The translations under genes and the position numbers were made by a program. A stretch of DNA of 64,000 bases from a virus, in IMG/VR virus record IMGVR_UViG_3300009180_000022, one strand, 5' to 3'. The notes under the pieces are model-generated. The model was not told the DNA's origin. It did no database searches and was given only the letters and a program-made list of their open reading frames with translations. Of the stretch, positions 40,408-51,019 are shown in pieces (the first letter of the stretch is position 1; every line of letters begins with the position of its first letter).

Positions 40408-43402
40408 ATGGCGCGTCGTGTCCTTTATGAAACTAATTATACCTTTACACCGTCTACAAAGACAATTGTAATCCAGCGTTTTATTCCTCGTGAGAGACTT
40501 GTTCTCATTACGAACGTAACAACTGGCATTCCAATCTTTAACTTCTCCGATTCGAGGTTAACAGCAACAAGCTATACTGCAACCTCTACTTCAACAGGTA
40601 CATCTGGTGGACAAGGTACTACAACCATTGTATTAGCGTATAATACAACCAGTATGCTTTCGACCCACAAACTTCAGATCATGATAGATGAAGTTACAGA
40701 GTTCATTGCACCCTCTGAGACGCTAATGGATCCTGTTGGTAAGCTACGTGTTTCCACACCTCAGTCGCTAATTGATACTGACTTTGAATACGGTCTACAG
40801 CCAACAAAGTGGGAAAACATTCAGCTAGTAAACAACAGAGCGTCTATCTTTACATCTCAAAATGCACCTAGAGCTGACATTACTAACATTCAGACTACTA
40901 GTGGATCGAGACTGGCATTTGCTAATTCAGTTTCTGCACCTGCGAATGGTTCTATCATACAGGTATTATTTACTTCATTAGAACCTGCCGAAGGTTATTT
41001 TGTTACTGAGCAATCAAACTCTACTGGATTCCAGTACTCGATGAAGCAGACAGCTAATACAACTGGTAGTATTTACATCACCAACCAGACCCAGGTATTT
41101 AACGGTAACCTATACTCTGGTGCAAATTTAAACATTACAACAATTAGTAATACCTCAACCGTAACTACAGTTAATACTGCCGGTCCTCACGGCCTGGTCA
41201 CTGGCAACTATATTATTTCTAGAAATTACACAGCAACAACTAACCCTCCGAACGGCACATTTGTGGTTAGATCAGTACCAGCTGCTAATTCCTTTATATT
41301 TGATGCTGTTGCAGCACCAACCGGGACTCTTGCAGCTGGTACCATAGTTCCAAGACCAGAAGGTAAGTTTTTACACAGACCATTCGACGGTGGAGTACAA
41401 TACAGCACTGGAAGTTCAGCCCATGGATATCAAGTTGCAAGACAAACTCGAAGATATTTCCGTTACCAATCTGGTAAAGGCATTCAAATGTCTACCAATG
41501 CTGTCTTTAAACCTGGATTTAACGTTGATCAAATTTCTAATTCAGGGGCAACAGTCACTGTTAGAACCAAACAACCTCATTATCTAAACACCGGAGTTTC
41601 TATTTCTGTGTCAGGATGTACACCAACAGCATATAATGGTACATTTACAGTACTTACCGTAATTGATAGCTATACATTTACCTATACTGCAGGCTCAACA
41701 CCAGGAGCATTAACAGCTGGTATTCCTTATGTTGTTGTAAACAGTTGGTCAAATGCTGGTGTTAGAATTGGTATGTTTGACTCACAAAACGGATTCTATT
41801 ATGAATTTGATGGTAGTACGTTGTATGCTGTGAGAAGAAATGCTACTGCACAGTTGTCAGGTACAGTTACTGTAGCATCCGGATCACAAAGTGTGACCGG
41901 TGTAAATACATATTTACCATTACAAGCTGCACCCGGTGATTTTATTGTTATAAGAGGGCAGACATACAGAATTGGAACTATTGCTTCAAATACATCCTTT
42001 ACTATCATACCTGAATATAGAGGTAGTAATATGGCCGGTGTATCGATTAGTAAGGTGCAGGAAACAAGGGTAGCTCAATCTGCCTGGAACATTGATTATA
42101 TGGATGGTACTGGTCCATCTGGATATACACTTGATCTAACTAAAACTCAAATGTTATACATGGATTATTCTTGGTATGGGGCCGGTAGTATTAGATACGG
42201 TTTCAAGGACATTAAAGGTGAGGTAGTTTATTGCCACCGCTACGTACACAATAACTCTCAAACCGAGGCATACATCAGATCAGGTAACTTACCAGCCAGG
42301 TATGAAACAAATACCCTTGGGGCTGTAACTAAATTAGGTGCATCTATTACAGGAACTGCTACAACACTGACTGTTGCTAGTACAACTGACTTCCCAACCA
42401 CTGGTAGTGTTTTAATCGCAGACCCTGCATCATTTGAGTATTGCACGTATACTGGTAAAACCTCTACTACATTTACCGGGCTTACAAGGGGCATTGCAGG
42501 GTCAGCCCTATCTACTATTGTAACTACAGCAGGTAGTGCAACTGTTACAGGAGCCGCACTCACAACGTCTGCCGTTCAGGTTGGTATGTTCGTATCAGGT
42601 ACCGGTATCCCAGAAGGTACATTTGTTATATCTGTAGCAACTGGTGTGTCAGCGGTTCTTTCTCAAGCAGCTACTGCTTCAGGTACAATCACCTTAACTA
42701 CATTTACAATGGGTGCTGCTAATGCCGCCCACACATTCTCTGCAACAGCACCGATTGGTATTTACGGTCATTCACCACAATTCTCACCATTAGTAAGCCA
42801 TTGGGGAACTTCGGTTATTATGGATGGTAGATTTGATGATGATAAGTCTTTCGTTTTTACTACCGGCATGACTAATGTATTAAGCGTTGACGCTGCGAAT
42901 ACTAATGCATTAGTTAGTCTTCGAATTGCACCTTCGGTTGACTCTGGTCTAACAGGTGTTCTAGGCATTAAGGAATTAGTTAACCGAATGCAACTTACAC
43001 TGCGTAAAGTATCTGTTCGTGCAAACGGCAACATGCTGGTTCAATTATACCTAAACGGTATTACATCTGGTTCTGCAACGTTTGGTCAGCCAACTGCAAA
43101 CCCATCAAGTCTGGCTCAAATTGCAACACATGCAGCTAATACAACTATATCTGGCGGTGAAGTTATTTACGCATTTTATACTGATCAAGGCGGCTCTGGT
43201 ACTTTTGGATCAACATCAGAAGACATTAACTTGATTCGTGATTTAGGTAACGGCATACTTGGTAGGAACAAATAATTTTGCTAATTCATCAGGTCAGGCT
43301 TACCCAGATGCACCAGATATTTTAACGGTAGTTGTTACAAATCTTGAAGGAACAGCAAGAACCGCTGCAACACGTATTGCATGGACGGAAGCACAAGCTT
43401 AA
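40408..43402 (+). CDS. Large virion structural protein (~997 aa) with an apparent +1 frameshift at ~43264
   Basis: YTFTP...IPRERLVLITNVT, DPVGKLRVSTPQSLIDTDFEYG, RQTRRYFRYQSGKG and SHWGTSVIMDGRFDDDK. The family-type C-terminus YPDAPDILTVV...RIAWTEAQA lies in the +1 frame and ends at 43402. Confidence 0.7.
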
Positions 43403-43408
43403 TACAAA

Positions 43409-43906
43409 ATGCCATTACAAGAGCTTTTTATTGATAACGACGGATTAAGGGTAGGTAATAACCAGTTACAGACCCTCGATGGTAATGTAATAATTGGTAA
43501 TTCCTTAATTGTGGGTACTAATACATTCTCCATCCGTGTTTCTGCTAATGGGTTTATTGGTAATAACAGCACTGATACTGGTGGTTATAATCTTAACATG
43601 GTAGGTAATGCGGCAAATTATATTGCCGGTGACATTCAACTTGATAAGACTATAACACCTGACGGGACTAATAGCGATCAAACTATTGATAAAAATGCAG
43701 GGTCAATTAACTTTGAGACCGGTAACACGTCAGTGCTAGTTACAAATGCAAGAGTAACGGTAAACTCTATTATTGTTGCTACAGTTGCAACAAATGATTC
43801 AACTATGAAGTCGGTAGCGGCTGTTTCAGCTGCAGGGTCTTTCACGTTATACCCTAATGCAACACCTTCGGCTAATACCAGGGTTAACTTTCTTGTAATT
43901 AATTAA
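43409..43906 (+). CDS. Putative small fibre/spike-tip protein
   Basis: 165-aa beta-rich ORF packed between structural genes. C-terminal domain AGSINF...VTNARVTVNSIIVATV...RVNFLVIN resembles fibre tip domains. Confidence 0.5.
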   Translation: MPLQELFIDNDGLRVGNNQLQTLDGNVIIGNSLIVGTNTFSIRVSANGFIGNNSTDTGGYNLNMVGNAANYIAGDIQLDKTITPDGTNSDQTIDKNAGSINFETGNTSVLVTNARVTVNSIIVATVATNDSTMKSVAAVSAAGSFTLYPNATPSANTRVNFLVIN

Positions 43907-43917
43907 TCGGAGACATA

Positions 43918-44661
43918 ATGGCAGTTCCAACTTCAAGAATCACCTTTAAAGAGTATTGCTTAAGAAAGCTAGGTAAGCCAGTCATTGAAATTAACGTAGA
44001 TGACGATCAGGTTGATGATCGTGTGGATGAGGCGTTAAAGTACTACTATGACTATCACTTTGATGGAACTGAAAAGCTTTACTATAAGCACCAAGTAACC
44101 GATACTAATAAGGCTAATAAGTTTATTACTTTACCAGATAACATTATTGGCGCAGTTAGAATATTCTCAATTGCTGACCCTTCTATCCGTTCAGATGATT
44201 TATTTAATATACGATATCAAATTGCATTAAACGATCTTTACTCCCTAACCTCTGTCAGCATGGTACCGTATTATATGGTTATGCAGAATCTTGCCACTAT
44301 TACAGAAATGCTGGTAGGAAAGCAACCCATAAGATATAACAGACACACCAATAAGTTATATGTAGATATGGATTGGAATTCTATTGCAACAGGTGAATTC
44401 TTGTTAGTTGAAGCATATGAAGTTATTGATCCAGATGTATATACAGATGCATGGGGCGATAGATGGCTTCAAGAATATGCTTCAGCAAAGATCAAATATC
44501 AATGGGGATCTAATCTTACCAAGTTTACCGGAATGACCTTACCTGGTGGAATTCAGTTTAACGGCGAAAAAATTCTTGATGATGCAAAGGCTGATATAGA
44601 AAAATTAGAAAAAGAAATGATATCCAGCTACAGCTTGCCTGTCAGTGATATGGTAGGATAA
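43918..44661 (+). CDS. gp13: Neck protein gp13
   Basis: KEYCLRKLGKPVIEINVDDDQ, DYHFDG and QWGSNLTKFTGMTLPGGIQFNG. Confidence 0.93.
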   Translation: MAVPTSRITFKEYCLRKLGKPVIEINVDDDQVDDRVDEALKYYYDYHFDGTEKLYYKHQVTDTNKANKFITLPDNIIGAVRIFSIADPSIRSDDLFNIRYQIALNDLYSLTSVSMVPYYMVMQNLATITEMLVGKQPIRYNRHTNKLYVDMDWNSIATGEFLLVEAYEVIDPDVYTDAWGDRWLQEYASAKIKYQWGSNLTKFTGMTLPGGIQFNGEKILDDAKADIEKLEKEMISSYSLPVSDMVG

Positions 44662-44662
44662 T

Positions 44663-45403
44663 ATGGCGACATCAGTATTCTTCAATAATTTTCAAAGCAG
44701 CCAAGAGCAGTTTTTAATTGAAGATTTAGTTATTGAAAGTATCAAGATCTACGGGCACGATGTCTATTATATACCTCGTGTACGTATTGCTTATGATAAA
44801 ATTTATGGTGAAGACACCCTTTCGGAATTTATAGATTCTTATTTTGTTGAGATGTTCATTAAGAATGTGGATGGGTTTGATGGTGATGGAGACTTCATTT
44901 CTAAGTTTGGTCTAGAAATACGCGATAGAGTTACATTTACTATTGCTAGAAGAACATTTAATAATGAAATTGGTCTTAATAATAATGCAGTAAGACCGTT
45001 TGAAGGTGATCTTATATTCTTCCCGCTAAACAAAAAGATTTTTGAAATTAAATTTGTAGAGCATGAAGCTATCTTTTACCAGATGGGCGCACTTCAGACT
45101 TATGATCTTGTTTGTGAGTTGTTTGAATACAGTAGTGAAAGATTTAATACTGGTTTAGATTTTATTGATACCTTGTTTACTAATAACTATCTTACTGGTA
45201 AAAACTACTCTGAAGTTATTACTGATTATGCGTTTATAACAGAAGATTATAATCCATATCAAATAATTACTGAAGATGGATATAGAATTATACAAGAAGA
45301 TAGTTCTAATTCAGATCTAGGTGATAGTACGGAGCTTCAAACAGAAGCAGACGTGTTTATTGACTTTAGTGAATTAGATCCATTTGCCGAGGGTACGTAC
45401 TAA
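44663..45403 (+). CDS. gp14: Neck protein gp14
   Basis: EQFLIEDLVIESIKIYGHDVYYIPR, SKFGLEIRD, RPFEGDLIFFPL and CELFEYSSE. Confidence 0.93.
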   Translation: MATSVFFNNFQSSQEQFLIEDLVIESIKIYGHDVYYIPRVRIAYDKIYGEDTLSEFIDSYFVEMFIKNVDGFDGDGDFISKFGLEIRDRVTFTIARRTFNNEIGLNNNAVRPFEGDLIFFPLNKKIFEIKFVEHEAIFYQMGALQTYDLVCELFEYSSERFNTGLDFIDTLFTNNYLTGKNYSEVITDYAFITEDYNPYQIITEDGYRIIQEDSSNSDLGDSTELQTEADVFIDFSELDPFAEGTY

Positions 45404-46209
45404 TGTTAGGTCACGATTTTTATCATAAAACTCTCAGAAAATATGTTGCGTTATTTGGCACTATATTTAATGAAATCTATATTAATAGGGTCGATAATGA
45501 TGGTGCTAACGTCCAGACATTAAAGATTCCAGTTACTTACGGGCCAAAGACCAAAGGTCTATCACGGGTAGATAATGATCCTGCACTTAACAGACCTGCT
45601 CAAATATCATCACCCCTTATATCATTTGAGATGACAGGGATGAGGTATGCATCTGACAGAAAGCTTAACTCTAGAAGAATGCATGCAATTGATACTAATA
45701 CCCTCAATACCGAGCAACTAGACTACATCTATAATCCTGTACCATATGATATAGATTTTAGCATGTACATTCTTGTTAAGAATGCAGAAGATGGTACTAA
45801 AATTTTAGAGCAAATACTGCCGTTTTTCACCCCAGAGTGGACTCCTTCTGTTACTCTTATTAGTGAACCAGAAGTAAAAATGGACATACCACTAGTAATT
45901 CAAGGTGTAACATCAGAAGATACATATGAAGGTAGTGTAGATGAAAGAAGAACCATTATATGGACACTTACCTTCACTATGAAGGGATATTTGTTTGGTC
46001 CTCCTCGTAAATCAGAGACGATCAAGCTGGCAAATATTAATTTTTATACGGCCTATTCAAACACATCAGCACATGATAATGTTTCTATTTTACCTGGGCT
46101 CACATCAAATGGTCAACCGACTAACAATGCATCACTAACCATAGATAAGAGTATTATTAAGGCAACTGATGATTGGGATTATATCATAACTATTAATAAT
46201 GTAATATAA
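45403..46209 (+). CDS. gp15: Tail sheath stabiliser / tail terminator gp15
   Basis: FYHKTLRKYVALFGTIFN, KIPVTYGPK, PVPYDIDF, QILPFFTP and RRTIIWTLTFTMKGYLFGP. Confidence 0.93.
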   Translation: MLGHDFYHKTLRKYVALFGTIFNEIYINRVDNDGANVQTLKIPVTYGPKTKGLSRVDNDPALNRPAQISSPLISFEMTGMRYASDRKLNSRRMHAIDTNTLNTEQLDYIYNPVPYDIDFSMYILVKNAEDGTKILEQILPFFTPEWTPSVTLISEPEVKMDIPLVIQGVTSEDTYEGSVDERRTIIWTLTFTMKGYLFGPPRKSETIKLANINFYTAYSNTSAHDNVSILPGLTSNGQPTNNASLTIDKSIIKATDDWDYIITINNVI

Positions 46210-46583
46210 TGAATGAAGAGATTAGCAAAGCCCTTGGACTCACACATATAGAAGTACCTACAGCAGACGTCCAGGAGATTCCTCAGATAGAATCAGATTA
46301 TGAATATGCTCGTGCTAACATGATTGAAATAATTCAAAAGGGTAATTCTGCATTAGATAACATTATCAGCGTGGCTAATATGTCACAAAATCCTCGCGCA
46401 TACGAAGTAGCCGCAAACCTTATTAAGAACATGGCTGAGATTAATAAGGACCTTCTTGACTTGACTAAAAAGAAAATGGATATATCTGGCGAGCTTGGGC
46501 ACCCAAAAACTATCAACAACAACTTATTTGTTGGTAGTACAGCTGAGCTTCAAAAGTTAATTAAAAATAATGGCAGCAACTGA
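46209..46583 (+). CDS. gp16: Terminase small subunit gp16
   Basis: DYEYARAN, PRAYEVAANLIK and NNNLFVGSTAELQKL. Confidence 0.92.
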   Translation: MNEEISKALGLTHIEVPTADVQEIPQIESDYEYARANMIEIIQKGNSALDNIISVANMSQNPRAYEVAANLIKNMAEINKDLLDLTKKKMDISGELGHPKTINNNLFVGSTAELQKLIKNNGSN

Positions 46584-48195
46584 CAATTATCAAGGCAATC
46601 GTAACCTTAAGAAAACTAACGTTGCGATAGCCTGGACCCAGGAACAAGTACAAGAATATTTAAAGTGTGCACGTAATCCTGTATACTTTATTACGACATA
46701 TGTAAAGATTGTTAACGTTGATCAAGGTTTAATTCCTTTTAACTTGTATGATTTTCAAAAGGATATGGTTGACCTATCAGTCGCCGAACGTTTCGTTATT
46801 TGTAAAATGCCTCGACAGGTTGGTAAGACTACCACAGTTGCTGCATTACTTCTTTGGTATATTTTATTTCATGAATCATACTCTGTTGCTCTCCTTGCAC
46901 ATAAGGAAGCCCAGGCTATTGAAATTCTATCTAGGGTTCAACTTGCTTATGAACACTTACCAAAATGGCTTCAGCAGGGTATTGTTGAATGGAATAAAAA
47001 GAGCGTTGAATTAGAAAACGGCTCAACCATTATAGCGTCTTCTACATCATCATCTGCTATTCGTGGAACATCTCAAAACCTGGTATACTTGGATGAGTTT
47101 GCGTTCGTTCCTAACAACTTACAAGAGCAGTTCTTTGCATCAGTTTATCCTACAATTTCTTCCGGTAAAACCACTAAGGTCCTAATAACATCTACTCCTA
47201 ACGGGCTTAATCAGTTCTATAGAATCTGGGCAAACTCGGAGAGAGGTCAAAATGACTATAAGCGATTTGATGTGCATTGGAGCAATGTACCAGGTCGTGA
47301 TGAAGAGTGGAAAAAAGAGACAATTAGAAATACATCTGAAGAACAATTCAGGGTTGAATTTGAATGCGAGTTTGTAGGTTCTACTGATACGTTAATATCA
47401 GCAGCTAAATTAAGCAAGCTAATATACCTTGATCCAACAAGGCAGACTGAGCATTTAAAGGTATATGAAGAACCGCAAAAGGATAAAATATACGCTATTG
47501 CAGTAGATACTGCCCGTGGGGGCGGGGCTGATTATTCAGCCTTTCAGGTAATGGATATTTCTAAGTCACCATACACCCAGGTTGCTAGATATCTTAACAA
47601 TACAGTCCCTGTAATGTTGTATCCTACTATAATTTATGAGACGGCAAGGTATTACAACAACGCCCTTATTCTAGTTGAAACTAACGATATTGGTGGTCAG
47701 GTTGCTGATATGCTTGCATACGATCTAGAATATGAGGGGGTTTTAAAAACTATAAGTAATCACAATAACACTGTAGAGATATCTGCAGGGTTTGCGGCAG
47801 GATCAAAATTAGGCATCCGTACAACTAAATCAACAAAGCGTGTTGGGTGTATGAACTTAAAGAACCTGATAGAGAGTGATAAGTTAATAATCAATGATTA
47901 TGAAACAATTGAAGAGTTGATGAGGTTTTCCTTTAATGGGGTATCTTATGTGGCTGAAGAAGGGCATGATGACCTAACAATGGGGCTTGTGCTTTTTGCT
48001 TGGCTTTCAACTCAAAATTATTTTAAAGAGATAAGCAATAGTGATGTTCGACGTGATCTGTTCACTGAGAATCTTAAAAGAATTGAAGAAGAAATGCTAC
48101 CATTTGGTATTATAGCTGATGGTAATGAACAAATATCAAAAATTGAAATTATAGATTTAGAGCGCATGTCATTTGATAGATGGATGTCTAGTTAA
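46570..48195 (+). CDS. gp17: Terminase large subunit gp17
   Basis: Walker A PRQVGKTT, Walker B YLDEFAF, STPNG, nuclease motifs AVDTARG and HDDLTM. Confidence 0.97.
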   Translation: MAATDNYQGNRNLKKTNVAIAWTQEQVQEYLKCARNPVYFITTYVKIVNVDQGLIPFNLYDFQKDMVDLSVAERFVICKMPRQVGKTTTVAALLLWYILFHESYSVALLAHKEAQAIEILSRVQLAYEHLPKWLQQGIVEWNKKSVELENGSTIIASSTSSSAIRGTSQNLVYLDEFAFVPNNLQEQFFASVYPTISSGKTTKVLITSTPNGLNQFYRIWANSERGQNDYKRFDVHWSNVPGRDEEWKKETIRNTSEEQFRVEFECEFVGSTDTLISAAKLSKLIYLDPTRQTEHLKVYEEPQKDKIYAIAVDTARGGGADYSAFQVMDISKSPYTQVARYLNNTVPVMLYPTIIYETARYYNNALILVETNDIGGQVADMLAYDLEYEGVLKTISNHNNTVEISAGFAAGSKLGIRTTKSTKRVGCMNLKNLIESDKLIINDYETIEELMRFSFNGVSYVAEEGHDDLTMGLVLFAWLSTQNYFKEISNSDVRRDLFTENLKRIEEEMLPFGIIADGNEQISKIEIIDLERMSFDRWMSS

Positions 48196-48210
48196 CGACT
48201 TTTCTGATTT

Positions 48211-48242
48211 TATAAATATCTTTAAGTTCTTAGTTATAAATA
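48211..48242 (+). promoter_or_regulatory. Two tandem T4-type late promoters upstream of gp18
   Basis: TATAAATA at 48211-48218 and 48235-48242. The cognate gp55 is in the window. Confidence 0.85.
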
Positions 48243-48264
48243 CAACCTCTGAAGGGAGAATCAT

Positions 48265-50388
48265 ATGCCATTTCAAGTAAGTCCAGGCGTAAATGTTTCT
48301 GAAATAGACCTGACTACCGTAGTCCCAGCAGTTTCAACAACCGAAGGCGCCATTGCTGGTGTGTTTCGTTGGGGACCAGTGAATACACGTGTTCTAGTTG
48401 ATTCTGAATCCACGCTAGTTAGCCGTTTCTGCAAACCAACCAATCACAACCCAGAAACCTTCTTTACTGCAGCTAACTTTTTAGCCTACGGTAATCAATT
48501 GTATGTTGTTCGTACTGCAGATACAACCGATGCAACAGGCGCCAACGGCGTTCTTTCCGCATACGGTAATGTAGCTGCTGTAACAACCAATACAAACCTT
48601 ATTGTTAAGAATGATGCACTAATCGATAGTAATACTGTTTCTGCTGCTATCACAGCAGAAACAGGTGTAAGGTACATTGCAAGATACCCAGGATCAATGG
48701 GTAACTCTTTAAAAGTCTCTGCCTGCGATACACCTAATGCCTTCTTTTCTTCAACTATTCTAGCTGATAACCAAGGTCCAAACACCTATAACGTTTCAGG
48801 GGTATTTACAGCTGTTGTTGCACAAAACGGTAATAATCAAGTACTTGTTCAAATTGCTAACGGTTCAGCTAATACTGTTGCCCAGGCACTTGTACGCCTT
48901 GATGTAGTTCGCTCTTTACTTAACGTTAATGATCTTATTGAACTTGGTAATTCAACAATTGGTACTCAACTGCTAAAAGTTTCTTCTATTGCAACTTCTG
49001 TATCTAATTCTACACATGCGTCTTTTATTATTAATTGTGCATCAAAGTACACACTGTCTAGTATAGGACTTACTACTGTTGCTAACGGCGCAACCCTTAG
49101 CCAAGGTAAATTAACCCGCTATTGGGAATATGCATTTAACGTAGATTCTGCTCCAGGAACTTCGGCATTTACAACCAACTTCGGTAATTCAGCTGCAATT
49201 GACGAGGTGCATGTGGTTGTTGCTGACGAAGGGGGTGAGTTTACAGGAGTACCAGGTACCGTGCTTGAAGTATATAAAGGTCTTTCAAGAGCAACGAATG
49301 CCAAAACTGATGATGGTACATCTAACTATATCAAAACTGTAATTAACCAAAATTCAGATTACGTATATTACGCAAATGATAGAGCAAGCGAGTTCTCAAA
49401 TCCCGCAGCCAATTTAGCTTCTTTAGCATTTACTGCGCCTTTAAGCCTGTCCTTTTCAGGCGGATTCGATGGATTAGATGAAGCAAACGTGTCGATTAAT
49501 ACTTTAACTGCCGGGTATGATATGTTTGTATCACCTGATGATGTAAGTGTTGCCTTAGTAATGCAGGGTAAGGCAAGGGATGGAGTAGCAAATACTCAAC
49601 TTGCTAACTACATTATTCAAAACATTTGCGAAGTAAGAAAAGATTGCGTAGCGTTTATTTCTCCATGTAAAACTGACGTTGTACTCAATGCTGGTCAAAC
49701 CGAAGCTTTAAATATGGTTGAATTTCGTAATGCTATTACTTCTTCTTCATACGGCTTCATCGATTCTGGATACAAGTATCAATACGACAAGTATAATGAT
49801 ATTTACCGCTATGTTCCTTTAAATGGAGACATGGCCGGGCTTTGCGTGCGTACTGATGAGACAAGAGATCCTTGGTTCTCACCTGCTGGATACAATAGAG
49901 GCATTATTAAGAATGTTGTTAAGCTTGCGTTCAATCCAAATAAAACTGCACGTGATGTGCTTTATAAGAATGGTATCAATCCAGTAGTTACATTCCCTGG
50001 ACAAGGAACACTCCTGTTTGGTGATAAGACTGCTCTTTCTAAGCCATCGGCATTCGATCGTATCAACGTTCGTCGTCTGTTTATCGTGCTTGAAAAAGCG
50101 ATTGCAACTGCTGCTAAGTATTCATTATTCGAATTCAACGATGACATTACACGTGCACAGTTCAAGAACTTAGTTGAACCGTTCCTACGAGATGTTCAAG
50201 GTCGCCGTGGCATTTACGACTTCAAGGTAATTTGTGACACCACAAACAATACTGGTGAGGTCATCGATAGAAATGAGTTTAGAGGTGATATCTATATTAA
50301 ACCAGCCAAGTCTATTAACTTTATACAACTGAACTTTATTGCAGTGAGATCGGGTATTGAATTCTCCGAAATCGTTGGACAGTTCTAA
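48265..50388 (+). CDS. gp18: Tail sheath protein gp18
   Basis: SPGVNVSEIDLT, FRWGP, PWFSPAGYNRG, SAFDRINVRRLF and IKPAKSINFIQLNF. Confidence 0.97.
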   Translation: MPFQVSPGVNVSEIDLTTVVPAVSTTEGAIAGVFRWGPVNTRVLVDSESTLVSRFCKPTNHNPETFFTAANFLAYGNQLYVVRTADTTDATGANGVLSAYGNVAAVTTNTNLIVKNDALIDSNTVSAAITAETGVRYIARYPGSMGNSLKVSACDTPNAFFSSTILADNQGPNTYNVSGVFTAVVAQNGNNQVLVQIANGSANTVAQALVRLDVVRSLLNVNDLIELGNSTIGTQLLKVSSIATSVSNSTHASFIINCASKYTLSSIGLTTVANGATLSQGKLTRYWEYAFNVDSAPGTSAFTTNFGNSAAIDEVHVVVADEGGEFTGVPGTVLEVYKGLSRATNAKTDDGTSNYIKTVINQNSDYVYYANDRASEFSNPAANLASLAFTAPLSLSFSGGFDGLDEANVSINTLTAGYDMFVSPDDVSVALVMQGKARDGVANTQLANYIIQNICEVRKDCVAFISPCKTDVVLNAGQTEALNMVEFRNAITSSSYGFIDSGYKYQYDKYNDIYRYVPLNGDMAGLCVRTDETRDPWFSPAGYNRGIIKNVVKLAFNPNKTARDVLYKNGINPVVTFPGQGTLLFGDKTALSKPSAFDRINVRRLFIVLEKAIATAAKYSLFEFNDDITRAQFKNLVEPFLRDVQGRRGIYDFKVICDTTNNTGEVIDRNEFRGDIYIKPAKSINFIQLNFIAVRSGIEFSEIVGQF

Positions 50389-50394
50389 TAAATA
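50387..50394 (+). promoter_or_regulatory. Late promoter variant upstream of gp19
   Basis: AATAAATA overlapping the gp18 stop codon. Confidence 0.6.
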
Positions 50395-50415
50395 ACAAGA
50401 CAAGGAGAAACAGAC

Positions 50416-50967
50416 ATGGCATTTGATATAAATGAAATTAGAAGTCAGCTGACCTTGGGAGGGGCTAGAAATAGCCTTTTTCAAGTTATCATTCAAAATC
50501 CAGCGACTGGTGTTGCCGATATTAAATCACCTTTTATGGTTAAGACAGCTGCAATTCCTGCCTCAACTTTAGGTCTTATCGAAGTACCTTATTTTGGTCG
50601 TAAGATTAAACTAGCTGGAGATAGAACGTTCGGTGACTGGACAGTATCAGTAATTAACGATGAAGACTTTTTGATCCGTAATGCCCTTGAGCAATGGTCG
50701 AATCAAATTCAATCTTTTCAGACTAACCTAAGACAATTTGGTTCATCTAGCCCTTCGGCCTACAAGGCACAGGCTCAGGTTACCCAATTCTCTAAGACTG
50801 GTGTGCCCATCAGGACATACACGTTTAACGGTATATACCCATCTGAAATTTCACCTATCGAACTCGATTGGAACTCAACAGACTCTATTGAAGAGTTTCA
50901 AGTAACTTTCCAATACGACTGGTGGGAAGTAACCGGTGGAACTACAGGAAACGCCGGCGGAGCTTAA
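50416..50967 (+). CDS. gp19: Tail tube protein gp19
   Basis: GGARNSLFQV, VPYFGRKIKLAGDRTFGDWTVSVINDEDF and IEEFQVTFQYDWW. Confidence 0.96.
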   Translation: MAFDINEIRSQLTLGGARNSLFQVIIQNPATGVADIKSPFMVKTAAIPASTLGLIEVPYFGRKIKLAGDRTFGDWTVSVINDEDFLIRNALEQWSNQIQSFQTNLRQFGSSSPSAYKAQAQVTQFSKTGVPIRTYTFNGIYPSEISPIELDWNSTDSIEEFQVTFQYDWWEVTGGTTGNAGGA

Positions 50968-50974
50968 ATTGTGA

Positions 50975-51002
50975 GGCGGTGAGAGATCATCGCCATTTTA
51001 TT
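50975..51002 (+). terminator. Hairpin terminator/attenuator between gp19 and gp20
   Basis: GGCGGTGA-GAGA-TCATCGCC (8-bp stem with one G-U pair, GNRA loop) followed by ATTTTATT. Confidence 0.65.
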
Positions 51003-51019
51003 CATTATAAGGATTTTAA

